Shown: piece by piece, positions 1-8,379 of the stretch
How the letters are laid out: every line of letters starts with the position of its first letter
Position numbering within the stretch: the stretch's first letter is position 1
NCBI GenBank assembly: GCA_963835335.1
Contig: CAWIFB010000006.1
Span: forward strand, 72,084-136,083
Direction: 5' to 3'
From: an uncultured Chloroflexia bacterium
GTDB lineage: Bacteria; Chloroflexota; Limnocylindria; Limnocylindrales; CSP1-4
Length of the DNA stretch: 64,000 nucleotides
The notes under the pieces: model-generated
Told to the model about the DNA's origin: nothing
Databases searched by the model: none
Seen by the model: only the letters and a program-made list of their open reading frames with translations
Translations under genes and position numbers: made by a program

Positions 1-415
1 GCCGGTCGTGCTCCACGACGTCCTGGGCTGGACGGCGGCGGAGATCGCGGCGGCGATGTCGACCGGCCTGCCGGCGACCAAGCAACGGCTGCGAAGGGGA
101 CGGATGATGCTGGTCAGCGCGCTTGCCGAGGACGACGAGCGCCGACAGGCGAGCCTGGCCCAGCCGCTCCGGTGCTGGCGCGCCCGCCGCCACGTGTCCG
201 CCTACCTCGACGGGGAGCTCGACGCGCCGACACGGGCGGCCGTGGAGTCTCACCTGCAGGGCTGCCCCACCTGTCCGCCGCTGTACGCGAGCCTGGTCGG
301 GGTCAGGGCATCGCTCGGTGGGCTGCGGGATCCGGATACCGTGGTCGAGGACGCCATGGCCGCGCGCATCCACGACCGGCTGGAGGCCGAGCCAGGACGG
401 AGGATGACGCCGTGA
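1..415 (+). CDS. ECF sigma-70 factor C-terminal part (region 4 HTH) fused in frame to a zf-HC2 (ZAS-type) anti-sigma-like domain. The 5' end lies outside the window.
   Basis: The ORF is open to the window edge. LGWTAAEIAAAMSTGLPATKQRLRRGR is a region 4.2 HTH. CWRARRHVSAYLDGELD...HLQGCPTCPP carries the H-x3-C-x2-C anti-sigma zinc-finger signature. Stop TGA 413-415 overlaps the next GTG (GTGA). Confidence 0.7.
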   Translation, partial: PVVLHDVLGWTAAEIAAAMSTGLPATKQRLRRGRMMLVSALAEDDERRQASLAQPLRCWRARRHVSAYLDGELDAPTRAAVESHLQGCPTCPPLYASLVGVRASLGGLRDPDTVVEDAMAARIHDRLEAEPGRRMTP

Positions 416-1044
416 GCGACGGGGACCCGGGCGCTGCCAACGACCGACGTGCGCTGTGGGATGAGCGGCACGCTGCCCGGGATCCGATCGAATCGTCCGA
501 ACCGGACCCGACGCTGGTCGACGTGTGCGCAACGCTGGAGCCGGGGCGGGCGCTCGATCTCGGCTCGGGCGACGGGCGCAACGCGATCTGGCTCGCTCAG
601 CGCGGGTGGCGGGTCACCGCCGTGGACTTCTCGACGGTCGCCATCGAGCGCGCGAGATCCCGGGCGGCGGCCGTCGGCGCGGACGTCGAGTGGCGCCGGG
701 AGGACCTGCTGGCGTGGCGCCCGGATCCTGCGAGCTTCGACCTGGTCGTCCTCGTGTTCATCCACCTGCCGATCGACGAGCGGCAGCGGGTCTATGCCGG
801 CGCCGCCGCGGCCGTCGCGCCCGGCGGGTCGCTCCTGGTCATCGCACACGACCGCGCGAACCTGGTCGAGGGCGTCGGCGGCCCGCAGAACCCGGACGTC
901 CTGTTCACGCCGCCCGAGATCGTCGCCGCACTCGGACCGGGCTTCGAGATCCTGCGGGCAGAGACCGCGCGACGGGGCTCGGACCGCGGTCCGGTTCCGA
1001 TCGACGCCGTGATCCTCGCCCGCCGGCGTGCCGTCGAACCGTAG
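412..1044 (+). CDS. Class I SAM-dependent methyltransferase
   Basis: GTG 412 is in frame with ORF 172..1044 and overlaps the upstream stop. Motif I is LDLGSGDGRNAIWLA, followed by VTAVDFS and LVVLVFIHL. The part of the ORF upstream of 412 is Arg/Pro-rich and overlaps the sigma ORF. Confidence 0.85.
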   Translation: MSDGDPGAANDRRALWDERHAARDPIESSEPDPTLVDVCATLEPGRALDLGSGDGRNAIWLAQRGWRVTAVDFSTVAIERARSRAAAVGADVEWRREDLLAWRPDPASFDLVVLVFIHLPIDERQRVYAGAAAAVAPGGSLLVIAHDRANLVEGVGGPQNPDVLFTPPEIVAALGPGFEILRAETARRGSDRGPVPIDAVILARRRAVEP

Positions 1045-1054
1045 GTAATCTGTA

Positions 1055-1066
1055 ACTTGCGCAAGT
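1055..1066. promoter_or_regulatory. Perfect 12-bp palindrome ACTTGCGCAAGT in a locally AT-richer spacer. Candidate ArsR-family operator.
   Basis: Read directly from the sequence. It lies about 30 nt upstream of the arsR-family start at 1095, within gtaatctgtaACTTGCGCAAGTatgcaatcag. Confidence 0.4.
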
Positions 1067-1094
1067 ATGCAATCAGCGCTAGGGTACCTGCACC

Positions 1095-1475
1095 ATGACG
1101 ACGACCCAGGCCTTCGACCCGACGATGACCGACGACGAGCTCCAGCGGTACCGGATGCACGCCGACGTGTGCAAGGTCCTCACCGATCCCAAGCGCCTGA
1201 TGCTGCTCGATGCCCTTCGGGCCGGTGAACGCTCGGTCGGCGAGCTCGCAGCCGTGATCGGGGTCGCGCTGCCCAACGCCAGCCAGCACCTTGCCGTGCT
1301 GCGCGGGGCGGGGCTCGTCGACGGACGCCGGTCGGGGACGACCGTCCACTACCGCCTCGCCGAGCCGGCGATCGTCGAGGCATGCGATGTCATCCATGCG
1401 ATCGTGGAGCGGCGCCTGGCGGCCCGCCCGGTCGCTGCCGTCACGGCCACCCGACCGGCGGCCATCCCGAGGTGA
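1095..1475 (+). CDS. ArsR/SmtB-family transcriptional regulator (BigR-like two-Cys arrangement)
   Basis: The wHTH is KRLMLLDALRAGERSVGELAAVIGVALPNASQHLAVLRGAGLV. There is one Cys near the N-terminal helix (DVCKVL) and one near the C-terminal helix (EACDVI). Confidence 0.9.
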   Translation: MTTTQAFDPTMTDDELQRYRMHADVCKVLTDPKRLMLLDALRAGERSVGELAAVIGVALPNASQHLAVLRGAGLVDGRRSGTTVHYRLAEPAIVEACDVIHAIVERRLAARPVAAVTATRPAAIPR

Positions 1476-1480
1476 TCCCG

Positions 1481-1888
1481 ATGTCGATCCAGACCAGCTT
1501 CACGTTCGGCACCCGGCTCAGCGGGTCGCTCGCACAGACCCGGCCGGCCGTCGAGGCCGCGCTGCGTGCCGAGGGCTTCGGCGTCCTGACCGAGATCGAT
1601 GTCCAGGCGACGCTCAAGGCGAAGCTCGGCGTGGAGCGGGCGCCATACGTGATCCTCGGCGCGTGCAACCCTCCGCTTGCCCACCGCGCCATCGAGGCGG
1701 ATCCGTCCGTCGGGACCCTGCTCCCGTGCAACGTCGTCCTGCGGGAGGACGGCCCCGACACCATCGTCGAGGCCATGGACCCGATGGCCGCGCTCGGCAT
1801 CGTCCGGACGACCGCGGTCCACGCGGTCGCGGAGGAGGCCGCAGCCAGGCTTCGCCGGGCCGTTGCCGCCATCCACCCCGCTTCCTGA
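1481..1888 (+). CDS. DUF302 domain protein
   Basis: The internal ATG at 1481 is in frame with ORF 1382..1888. FGVLTEIDVQATLKAKLGVERAPYVILGACNPPLAHRAI is typical DUF302 sequence. Confidence 0.85.
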   Translation: MSIQTSFTFGTRLSGSLAQTRPAVEAALRAEGFGVLTEIDVQATLKAKLGVERAPYVILGACNPPLAHRAIEADPSVGTLLPCNVVLREDGPDTIVEAMDPMAALGIVRTTAVHAVAEEAAARLRRAVAAIHPAS

Positions 1889-1912
1889 AACCCCACGTTC
1901 GGAGCAACCGCC

Positions 1913-2407
1913 ATGGCAATCAAGACATCGACCGTCACCCTCGACGGCGACATGCGCTTCGTCGGTCGCGTCGACAGCGGCCACTCGATCGTCCTCGACA
2001 ACGGGACCGGCAACACCGGCGCCCGCCCCGCTGAGCTCATCCCGCTCGCGCTCGCGGGCTGCACCGCGATGGACGTGATCTCGATCCTGCGCAAGAAGCG
2101 CCAGGACGTGCGCCGGTACGAGGTCGAGTCAAGCGGCGTCCAGCAGGACGAGCACCCCAACGCGTTCACCCGGATCGATGTCGTCCACCACGTCGAAGGC
2201 CCCGACATCGACCCCGAAGCCGTCCGGCGGGCGATCGAGCTGTCGGCGAGCAAGTACTGCTCGGTGGGCGCCACACTGGCCACCGGGATCACCGAGATCC
2301 ACCACGCGTATGTCATCCACGACGGGGCGGGCGGCGAGCAGTCGGCCGAGGTGATCGTCCTGGGCCCATCGGACCCGGTCGTGGCGACCGTCGCCGCGGC
2401 GAGCTGA
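1913..2407 (+). CDS. OsmC/Ohr-family protein
   Basis: Two-Cys OsmC-fold signature: ELIPLALAGCTAMDV and SKYCSVGATL. Confidence 0.85.
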   Translation: MAIKTSTVTLDGDMRFVGRVDSGHSIVLDNGTGNTGARPAELIPLALAGCTAMDVISILRKKRQDVRRYEVESSGVQQDEHPNAFTRIDVVHHVEGPDIDPEAVRRAIELSASKYCSVGATLATGITEIHHAYVIHDGAGGEQSAEVIVLGPSDPVVATVAAAS

Positions 2408-2419
2408 AGGGGGACGGAC

Positions 2420-2977
2420 GTGGCTGACACCAGGGCGCGCCAGACCCGCTCGGCGCGGCGCGCGGCCGGCGCGAGATCGTCCGGCGGACGCACGGCGAGC
2501 GGCCGCGGCGCCGGGCGCACCGGCACGTGGGCGTGGATCATCGGCGGCGCGGTCATCGCGGTCATCGCGCTTGCGGTCGGGATCGCGCTGTCATCGTCAC
2601 CGTCGACAGCGGCCGGCGGCACGCCGGGAACGATCGTCCAGGGCAACGGCGGCACGTGGACCGACATCACGCCGGACACGCTCGCGACCAAGCTGGGTGC
2701 CAAGGACTTCACGCTGGTCAACGTGAAGACCCCGTACATCGGCGAGATCGCCGGCACGGACCTCTACATCCCGTATACGGACCTCGCCGCCCGTTCGGCT
2801 GAGCTCCCGGCCGACAAGGCTGCGCCGATCGTCGTCTACTGCCGGTCCGGCGCCGAGAGCGCGATCGCGTCGCAGACCCTGCTCGACCTCGGCTACACGA
2901 ACATCGAGAACCTCGACGGTGGCATGTCCGCGTGGGTGGCAAGCGGCAGGGACCTGGTGCAGGTGCCGCGATCGTGA
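2420..2977 (+). CDS. Membrane-anchored rhodanese-domain sulfurtransferase
   Basis: GTG start. Arg-rich tail, then TM helix WAWIIGGAVIAVIALAVGIAL. Rhodanese active-site loop VVYCRSGAES. Confidence 0.85.
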   Translation: MADTRARQTRSARRAAGARSSGGRTASGRGAGRTGTWAWIIGGAVIAVIALAVGIALSSSPSTAAGGTPGTIVQGNGGTWTDITPDTLATKLGAKDFTLVNVKTPYIGEIAGTDLYIPYTDLAARSAELPADKAAPIVVYCRSGAESAIASQTLLDLGYTNIENLDGGMSAWVASGRDLVQVPRS

Positions 2978-3492
2978 TGCGCTGCCGCGAGACGCTGGCC
3001 CTCGACCTGCGCTTTGCGGGCTGGACCGCGGCCTGGACGGCCGTCGCCCTGGTCGCCTTCGGCGTCGTGTCCGCGATCATCCCCAACCCGGTGTTCGGGC
3101 GGCAGATCCCTCCCGAGCCGTTCGCGATCTGGGTCTGGCTGGCCTCGGCACCGTTGATGGGGATCGTCGGCGCGACATACACGGCACCCGTTCGATCCGG
3201 AGCTCCGGCAATCGCCAGCCCGCTGGGTGATGCCGGCGCATCGCGCGCCGCGGCCATCCCCGCCGGACAGGGCGGGTCCACGCTGGGTGCCATCGGCAGC
3301 TTCGGGGCGTTCCTGGCCATCGGCTGCCCGGTGTGCAACAAGATCGCGCTCGTCCTCCTCGGGGCGAGCGGCGCGATGTCGGTCTATGCGCCGCTCCAGC
3401 CGCTGATCGGCGCCGCGTCGCTCGCGCTCCTGGCCGGCACGATCGCGTGGCGGATGCGCCTCCGCGCCCGGGGCGGGGCCTGCCCCGTCTGA
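2974..3492 (+). CDS. Polytopic membrane protein with a CPVC motif
   Basis: GTG 2974 overlaps the rhodanese stop (GTGA). Four hydrophobic helices. GAFLAIGCPVCNKIALVLLGASG. The function is not recognised. Confidence 0.6.
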   Translation: MMRCRETLALDLRFAGWTAAWTAVALVAFGVVSAIIPNPVFGRQIPPEPFAIWVWLASAPLMGIVGATYTAPVRSGAPAIASPLGDAGASRAAAIPAGQGGSTLGAIGSFGAFLAIGCPVCNKIALVLLGASGAMSVYAPLQPLIGAASLALLAGTIAWRMRLRARGGACPV

Positions 3493-3696
3493 CGCCCCGG
3501 CGTCGACGCTGCGGCGTCGCCAGCGTCGCGTCTCCCGCGGCGAGACCTCCGGGCGTCGAACTCTCCCGGCGTCGAACCTCCGCCCAGCCTCCACGCGGTC
3601 TCCATCGTCGCTCCATCGAGCCCCGCGACGATCGATCTCGACACCACGAACGGTGTGGCCGGAACCACCGGCACGAGAGTAGCCAGGAGGCTGACG

Positions 3697-4242
3697 ATGA
3701 AACGACTCACCATCTCACTCGCGATCGCGGCGTTCGCGATCCTCGCGGTCGTGGCGACCGTCGCCGCCGCGAGCCCGACCCCGACGCCGGCACCGGCGGC
3801 CGACCAGGTCCGCGCACGCGACACGCTGCCCACGCTCCTGCGGCTCTCGCAGGCCGAGATCATGGATCTTCGCCATGACGGCATGACGCTGGCCCAGATC
3901 GCCGAGCGGCAGCAGGTCGATCCGCAGGTGCTGGTCGACGCGCTGGTCGCCCAGTGGAGCGAGCGCATCGACGCCCGCGTCACATACGGCGCGCTGACGG
4001 CGGACGAGGCAACGGCGCTCAAGACCCAGCTCGCGCTCAAGGCGAAGGCGATGGTCAACCAGGCCACCGCGGGCGGGATGCGCGGCGCCGCGGTCGGGGC
4101 GGGCCCGAATGCGACGGGTACCGCGGGCCAGGGCGCAGGCCGGGGCGCCGGCATGGGCGCGGCCAACGGTGGCGGGATGGGCCCGGGCACCGGCACCGGG
4201 ATCTGTGACGGCACCGGTCCCAACGGCGCCGGCCGCTCGTAA
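3697..4242 (+). CDS. Secreted protein with a Gly-rich C-terminus (hypothetical)
   Basis: ATG 3697 is preceded by AGGAGG. Signal peptide MKRLTISLAIAAFAILAVVATVAAASP. Gly-rich tail GAGRGAGMGAANGGGMGPGTGTG. Confidence 0.55.
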   Translation: MKRLTISLAIAAFAILAVVATVAAASPTPTPAPAADQVRARDTLPTLLRLSQAEIMDLRHDGMTLAQIAERQQVDPQVLVDALVAQWSERIDARVTYGALTADEATALKTQLALKAKAMVNQATAGGMRGAAVGAGPNATGTAGQGAGRGAGMGAANGGGMGPGTGTGICDGTGPNGAGRS

Positions 4243-4257
4243 CCGGAGGACACGACG

Positions 4258-4289
4258 GACGACGGCCGGGCACGCCCCCGGCCGTCGTC
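4258..4289 (+). terminator. GC-rich hairpin, candidate intrinsic terminator or attenuator
   Basis: Perfect 13-bp stem GACGACGGCCGGG / CCCGGCCGTCGTC with a 6-nt loop. It lies between the secreted-protein stop (4242) and the response-regulator start (4305). There is no clear U tract. Confidence 0.45.
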
Positions 4290-4304
4290 TGTCATCCTCG
4301 ACAC

Positions 4305-5042
4305 ATGGCTCGAATCCTGGTGGTCGACGACGAGCCGCACATCGTCGATGTCGTGCGTGCCTATCTCGAACGAGATGGGCACGTCGTGCGTACGGCCGCC
4401 GACGGCGACGCGGCGCTCGAGCTGGCGAGGGACGAGCCGCCGGACCTGATCGTGCTCGACGTGATGCTCCCGAAGCGGTCGGGGTTCGAGGTCCTCCGGG
4501 AGCTCCGGCGCGACGGCAGCCGGGCGGCCGTGGTGATGCTCACCGCCCGCGACGACGTGATCGACCGCGTTGCCGGGCTGGAGATCGGGGCCGACGACTA
4601 CGTGACCAAGCCGTTCGAGCCGCGCGAGCTGGTCGCCAGGGTGGGAGCGGTGCTTCGCCGCACGACGACGGCGGGACCCGGAGCGGCGGCCGGCGCCGGA
4701 GGCGGCATGGGAACCGGCGCGCTGGCAGCTCCCGCCCCGGGCGAGGAGGCCTGGTTCGACCTCACCATCGACCACGGCGCTCGCGAGGTCCGCCGCGGCA
4801 CCGCGGTCGTCGGGCTGACCCGCGCGGAGTTCGACCTGCTCACGGCGCTCGCCGGCCGTCCGGGCATCGCGCTGACGCGCGAGCAGCTGGGCGAGCACGT
4901 GTTCGGCGAGGCCTTCGACGCCTACGACCGGACGATCGACAGCCACGTCAAGAACCTGCGGCACAAGCTCGGGGCCCGGCCGGACGGAGAGGCGTACGTG
5001 GAGACGGTGCGCGGCGTCGGCTACCGGGGTGCGCGGCCATGA
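4305..5042 (+). CDS. OmpR/PhoB-family response regulator
   Basis: Receiver domain RILVVDDE...DLIVLDVMLP...DDYVTKPF. C-terminal winged helix LTRAEFDLLTAL...VETVRGVGY. Confidence 0.95.
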   Translation: MARILVVDDEPHIVDVVRAYLERDGHVVRTAADGDAALELARDEPPDLIVLDVMLPKRSGFEVLRELRRDGSRAAVVMLTARDDVIDRVAGLEIGADDYVTKPFEPRELVARVGAVLRRTTTAGPGAAAGAGGGMGTGALAAPAPGEEAWFDLTIDHGAREVRRGTAVVGLTRAEFDLLTALAGRPGIALTREQLGEHVFGEAFDAYDRTIDSHVKNLRHKLGARPDGEAYVETVRGVGYRGARP

Positions 5043-6136
5043 GCCTGCGCGTGCGCCTCGCCGCGGCCTTCGCGGCCGTCGCCGTGATCACGGCCGTCGC
5101 GGTTGCGCTGACCGCGCCGACGATCGTCGGTCGCGGCTTTGCCGCGATGCAGGACGATGGGACGACGGGCCCGGGACGGGGACCGGGCCAGGGGGTCATG
5201 AACGGGATCCACGCGCGGCAGGTCCAGGATGAGACCACGATGACGCTGATCGCCGTGGCCGCGATCGCTGCCGGTGTCGCGTCGCTGCTCGGGTTCGCGA
5301 TCGCGAGCCGCATGGCGGGGCCGCTGGCCAGGCTCGAGTCGTCGGCGGCATCGGTCGCCCGGGGCGACCTCGGGGCGCGCTCCGGCCTGGGCGACCGGAC
5401 CGACGAGATCGGCTCGCTTGGCCGGTCGTTCGACGCGATGGCCGCCGACCTCGAGGCGACCGAGGTCGCCCGGCGCCGCTTCTTCCAGGACGCCGCGCAC
5501 GAGCTCAAGACGCCGCTCGCCGTGATCGACGCCACGACGTCCGCGGTCCTCGACGGCGTGTACCCGCACGACGACCGCCATCTCGAGACGATCCGGGACC
5601 AGTCCCGGCTGCTCGCCCGGATCGTGGACGACCTGCGGACCGTCAGCCTGGCCGATGCCGGTGTGCTGCCGCTGCGACGCGAGACGGTCGCGATCGGCCC
5701 GCTGCTGGACGCCGTGAGGCGGGACCTTGGCGCCCGCGCCACGGCCGGCGGGCTGCAGGTCGAGGTATCCGGCGTCGCCGGGCTGTCGGTGTCCGGCGAC
5801 CCGGATCGGGTGCGCCAGGTGATGGTCGCGCTCGCCGACAACGCCATCCGGCACACGCCGGCCGGCGGCCGGATCCGGATCGATGCGCACGCCGCCCGGA
5901 GCTCGGTCGTGATCGCGGTCGTCGATACCGGACCGGGCATCGCACCGGCGGACCTGCCGCATGTGTTCGAGCGGTTCTACCAGGCCGACGCGGCGCGGGA
6001 TCGGGCCACCGGGACGTCGGGCCTGGGTCTCGCGATCGTGCGCGCCGTCGTCGAGGCCCACGGCGGTCGGGTCTCGGCGGCCAACGAGCCCGGTGGCGGC
6101 GCGCGCTTCGAGATCGAGCTGCCCGCAGCCAGGTAG
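5039..6136 (+). CDS. Sensor histidine kinase (HAMP-HisKA-HATPase)
   Basis: ATG 5039 overlaps the response-regulator stop (ATGA). Two TM helices. H-box FFQDAAHELKTPLA. N/G boxes LADNAIRHTP, DTGPGI, GTSGLGLAI. The 310-aa upstream extension in the ORF track is Arg-rich overlap sequence. Confidence 0.9.
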   Translation: MSLRVRLAAAFAAVAVITAVAVALTAPTIVGRGFAAMQDDGTTGPGRGPGQGVMNGIHARQVQDETTMTLIAVAAIAAGVASLLGFAIASRMAGPLARLESSAASVARGDLGARSGLGDRTDEIGSLGRSFDAMAADLEATEVARRRFFQDAAHELKTPLAVIDATTSAVLDGVYPHDDRHLETIRDQSRLLARIVDDLRTVSLADAGVLPLRRETVAIGPLLDAVRRDLGARATAGGLQVEVSGVAGLSVSGDPDRVRQVMVALADNAIRHTPAGGRIRIDAHAARSSVVIAVVDTGPGIAPADLPHVFERFYQADAARDRATGTSGLGLAIVRAVVEAHGGRVSAANEPGGGARFEIELPAAR

Positions 6137-6316
6137 TTGCGCCCGCGAAACGGGCCCGGGACGGCCTCGGCGGGCCTCGTGCAGGCCGCCACGGCGGGCT
6201 GATCTTCCTCCCTTGGCCCGCGCTAGACTCGCCGGGACGCCCGGTGTTCGCGTGCGGGAGCGCCGATCCTGGCTCCGCTCGAAGGGAGAGGGCTCATCCT
6301 CGAAAACAGGACGAGT

Positions 6317-6865
6317 GTGATCAGGATGGGGATCGTCGGCCTGGCGATCGGGATCCTCGTTCCCACCACGCTCGCGCTCATCTCGGGAGCGCCGCTCCTC
6401 GACACCCGCGCGCCGCTCGGCACGCCATCCGCTGCCGGCAGCGCCGCGGGCCAGGCGTCCTCGGCCCCGCCCGCCACCCCGATTCCAACCGTGACGTCGA
6501 AGGCGACGGCGAGACCGACGGCGAGCCCGAGGCCGACCAGGGACACCACCAGGCCGACGATCGTGAGCCGCGCTCCGGGCCGCAACGCGACCGGTGTCTC
6601 CGGTGGCAGCACCATCCGGATCCGCTTCTCGGAGCCGGTCAGGGGGGTGTCGGGCAGCTCGGTCCGGCTGGTCAATGTGTCGGGAGGCTGGGTGGTCCGC
6701 TCGACCGTGCGCTACAACGCGAGCACGAGGACCGCAACGCTCGATCCGGCGCTGAACATGTACCCGAGCACGCAGTACCGGGTCACGATCCTGGCCGGGA
6801 TCACGGACGCGGCGGGGAATCGGCTGGCGCCGACGTCATGGACGTTCACGGTGGCGCGGGGCTGA
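6317..6865 (+). CDS. Membrane-anchored or secreted SbsA-type Ig-like (Big_5) domain protein
   Basis: N-terminal hydrophobic helix, Pro/Thr/Ala linker, then IRIRFSEPVRGVSGSSVRLVN...ATLDPALNMYPSTQYRVTILAGITDAAGNRL. The start could be GTG 6317 or ATG 6326. Confidence 0.7.
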   Translation: MIRMGIVGLAIGILVPTTLALISGAPLLDTRAPLGTPSAAGSAAGQASSAPPATPIPTVTSKATARPTASPRPTRDTTRPTIVSRAPGRNATGVSGGSTIRIRFSEPVRGVSGSSVRLVNVSGGWVVRSTVRYNASTRTATLDPALNMYPSTQYRVTILAGITDAAGNRLAPTSWTFTVARG

Positions 6866-6947
6866 CGCCCCGCCATGACCCGGCGGCACTGCAACGTCGG
6901 CGCCCGGTGGTCCCTGCGGCGGCGCGATGCCCGGCGCAGGCCGTTCC

Positions 6948-7343
6948 TCAGCCCCGGCCAGCGTCGAGGGATTCGCGCATCATCGCCAGCGACGGGTCCG
7001 GTCCCTTGAACCCGACCAGGTACTCGAGGCGGATCGGTGCGAAGCTCTCGTAGAACACCACGTCCTCGTCGCCCAGCTGGCGAAACGCGTGGACCCAGTT
7101 CGACGGGATGACCAGCAGCGAGCCCGGCCCGACCTCGGACTCCTCGTCGCCGACCCTGGCCCACAGCCGGCCTCGCTCGACGAGCATGATCTGCTCGGCC
7201 TCGTGGTGGTGGTCCGGGATCACGACACCGCCGCGGTACACGATCCGGGTCAGCATGGTCTTCTCGCCCGACACGGCCTGGCGGTAGACGCCGGGGATGT
7301 ACTCGACGGTCGGGAACTCGTCCCACGTCGTGATCTGGCTCAT
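6948..7343 (-). CDS. Cupin domain protein
   Basis: ATG 7343 is preceded by GGAGA. Cupin motifs PDHHHEAEQIMLVERG and GSLLVIPSNWVHAF. It is the last gene of the Mo-hydroxylase operon. Confidence 0.8.
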   Translation of the reverse strand: MSQITTWDEFPTVEYIPGVYRQAVSGEKTMLTRIVYRGGVVIPDHHHEAEQIMLVERGRLWARVGDEESEVGPGSLLVIPSNWVHAFRQLGDEDVVFYESFAPIRLEYLVGFKGPDPSLAMMRESLDAGRG

Positions 7344-7368
7344 CGCATCTCCATGTTGGGCGCCCGGG

Positions 7369-8379
7369 TCAGGACGCGGCGTGCTCCCTGGCCTCGAGGC
7401 CGCGCAGGATCTTCTCCGGCGTGACCGGCAGCTCGTCGATCCTGACCCCGGTGGCGTGATAGATCGCATTGACGATCGCCGGGATCGGCGAGTTCGCCGT
7501 CATCTCCCCGATGCCCTTGACCCCGTACGGTCCGTTCGAGGACGGCATCTCGAGCACCACGGACTCGATCTCCGGCACCTCCATCGCGCCGGGCATCAGG
7601 TACGTGCTGAAGTCGCGCGCCGCATGCTCGGGGCTCGGGTAGTAGGGCTGGGTCGTCTCGAACAGGGCGTGCGACATGCCCATCCACGCGCCCCCGCTGA
7701 TCTGCGCCTGGACGAGCGCGGGGTTCACCTGCCGGCCGACCTCGTAGGCGCTCCGGATGCTCAGCACGGTGACCATCCCGGTGTCGGTGTCCACCTCGAC
7801 CTCGGCCACGGTGCACGCATGCGCCTCGGTGGAGTCCGGGTCCATCGCGCCCGTCTCCGGATCCACGGTGCTCTTCGCCTTCATGTAGCTGCCGCGACCC
7901 GCGATCGTGCGGCCGTACTTGAACTGGGCGAGCGACGCGATGTCCGCCACCTTGACGGCGCGCGCGGGCGCGCCGCGGACCATCACGTTCCCGTGGCCGT
8001 CGATCTCGAGGTCGTCGACCGCCGCCTCGAGCTCCTCGGCGGCCACCTCGAGCAGCGAGCGCCGGGCCTCGATGGCGGCCGCGATCACGGCGTTGCCGAC
8101 CCGGTGCGTGGCGCGGCTGGCGAACGTGCCCATGTCGTGGGGGCCGGTGTCCGTGTCCGCGGTGTCGATCACGATCTGGTCGAACTCGACCCCCAGCGCC
8201 TCCGCGGCGATCTGCGAGATGACGGTCCGCAGGCCCTGGCCGAGGTCGGTCGCGGACAGCGACACGACGAACGATCCGCTGGTCGTGGCATGGATCAGGG
8301 CCTGAGACGGATCGCCGCCGAGGTTCATGCCGGTCGGGTAGTTGACGGCGGCGATGCCGGTGCCGCGGAGCTTGGCCAT
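7369..8379 (-). CDS. Molybdopterin-dependent hydroxylase, C-terminal half of the large (MoCo) subunit
   Basis: ATG 8379 shares its A with the TGA of the upstream half (TGATG). GIAAVNYPTGMN...GQGLRTVISQIAAE...GIGEMTANSPIPAIVNAIYHATG is the xanthine-DH/aldehyde-oxidase family C-terminal region. Confidence 0.85.
   Translation of the reverse strand: MAKLRGTGIAAVNYPTGMNLGGDPSQALIHATTSGSFVVSLSATDLGQGLRTVISQIAAEALGVEFDQIVIDTADTDTGPHDMGTFASRATHRVGNAVIAAAIEARRSLLEVAAEELEAAVDDLEIDGHGNVMVRGAPARAVKVADIASLAQFKYGRTIAGRGSYMKAKSTVDPETGAMDPDSTEAHACTVAEVEVDTDTGMVTVLSIRSAYEVGRQVNPALVQAQISGGAWMGMSHALFETTQPYYPSPEHAARDFSTYLMPGAMEVPEIESVVLEMPSSNGPYGVKGIGEMTANSPIPAIVNAIYHATGVRIDELPVTPEKILRGLEAREHAAS

Noticed and set aside
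1441-2757. Long alternative-frame or antisense ORFs. Examples: 1441..2757(-) 438 aa, 3384..4964(-) 526 aa, 8448..9791(+) 447 aa, 25714..27387(+) 557 aa, 26148..28298(+) 716 aa, 48603..50735(+) 710 aa, 62026..63684(+) 552 aa.
   Set aside because: They are Arg/Pro/Gly/Ser/Ala-rich with no recognisable motifs. Each lies opposite or out of frame to a gene with strong family signatures. Long open shadow frames are expected at this GC content.
4109-5038. The 310-aa N-terminal extension of the histidine kinase ORF (4109..6136).
   Set aside because: The extension is Arg-rich and overlaps the well-supported response-regulator gene in another frame. The kinase has a canonical ATGA-coupled start at 5039 followed by its first TM helix.
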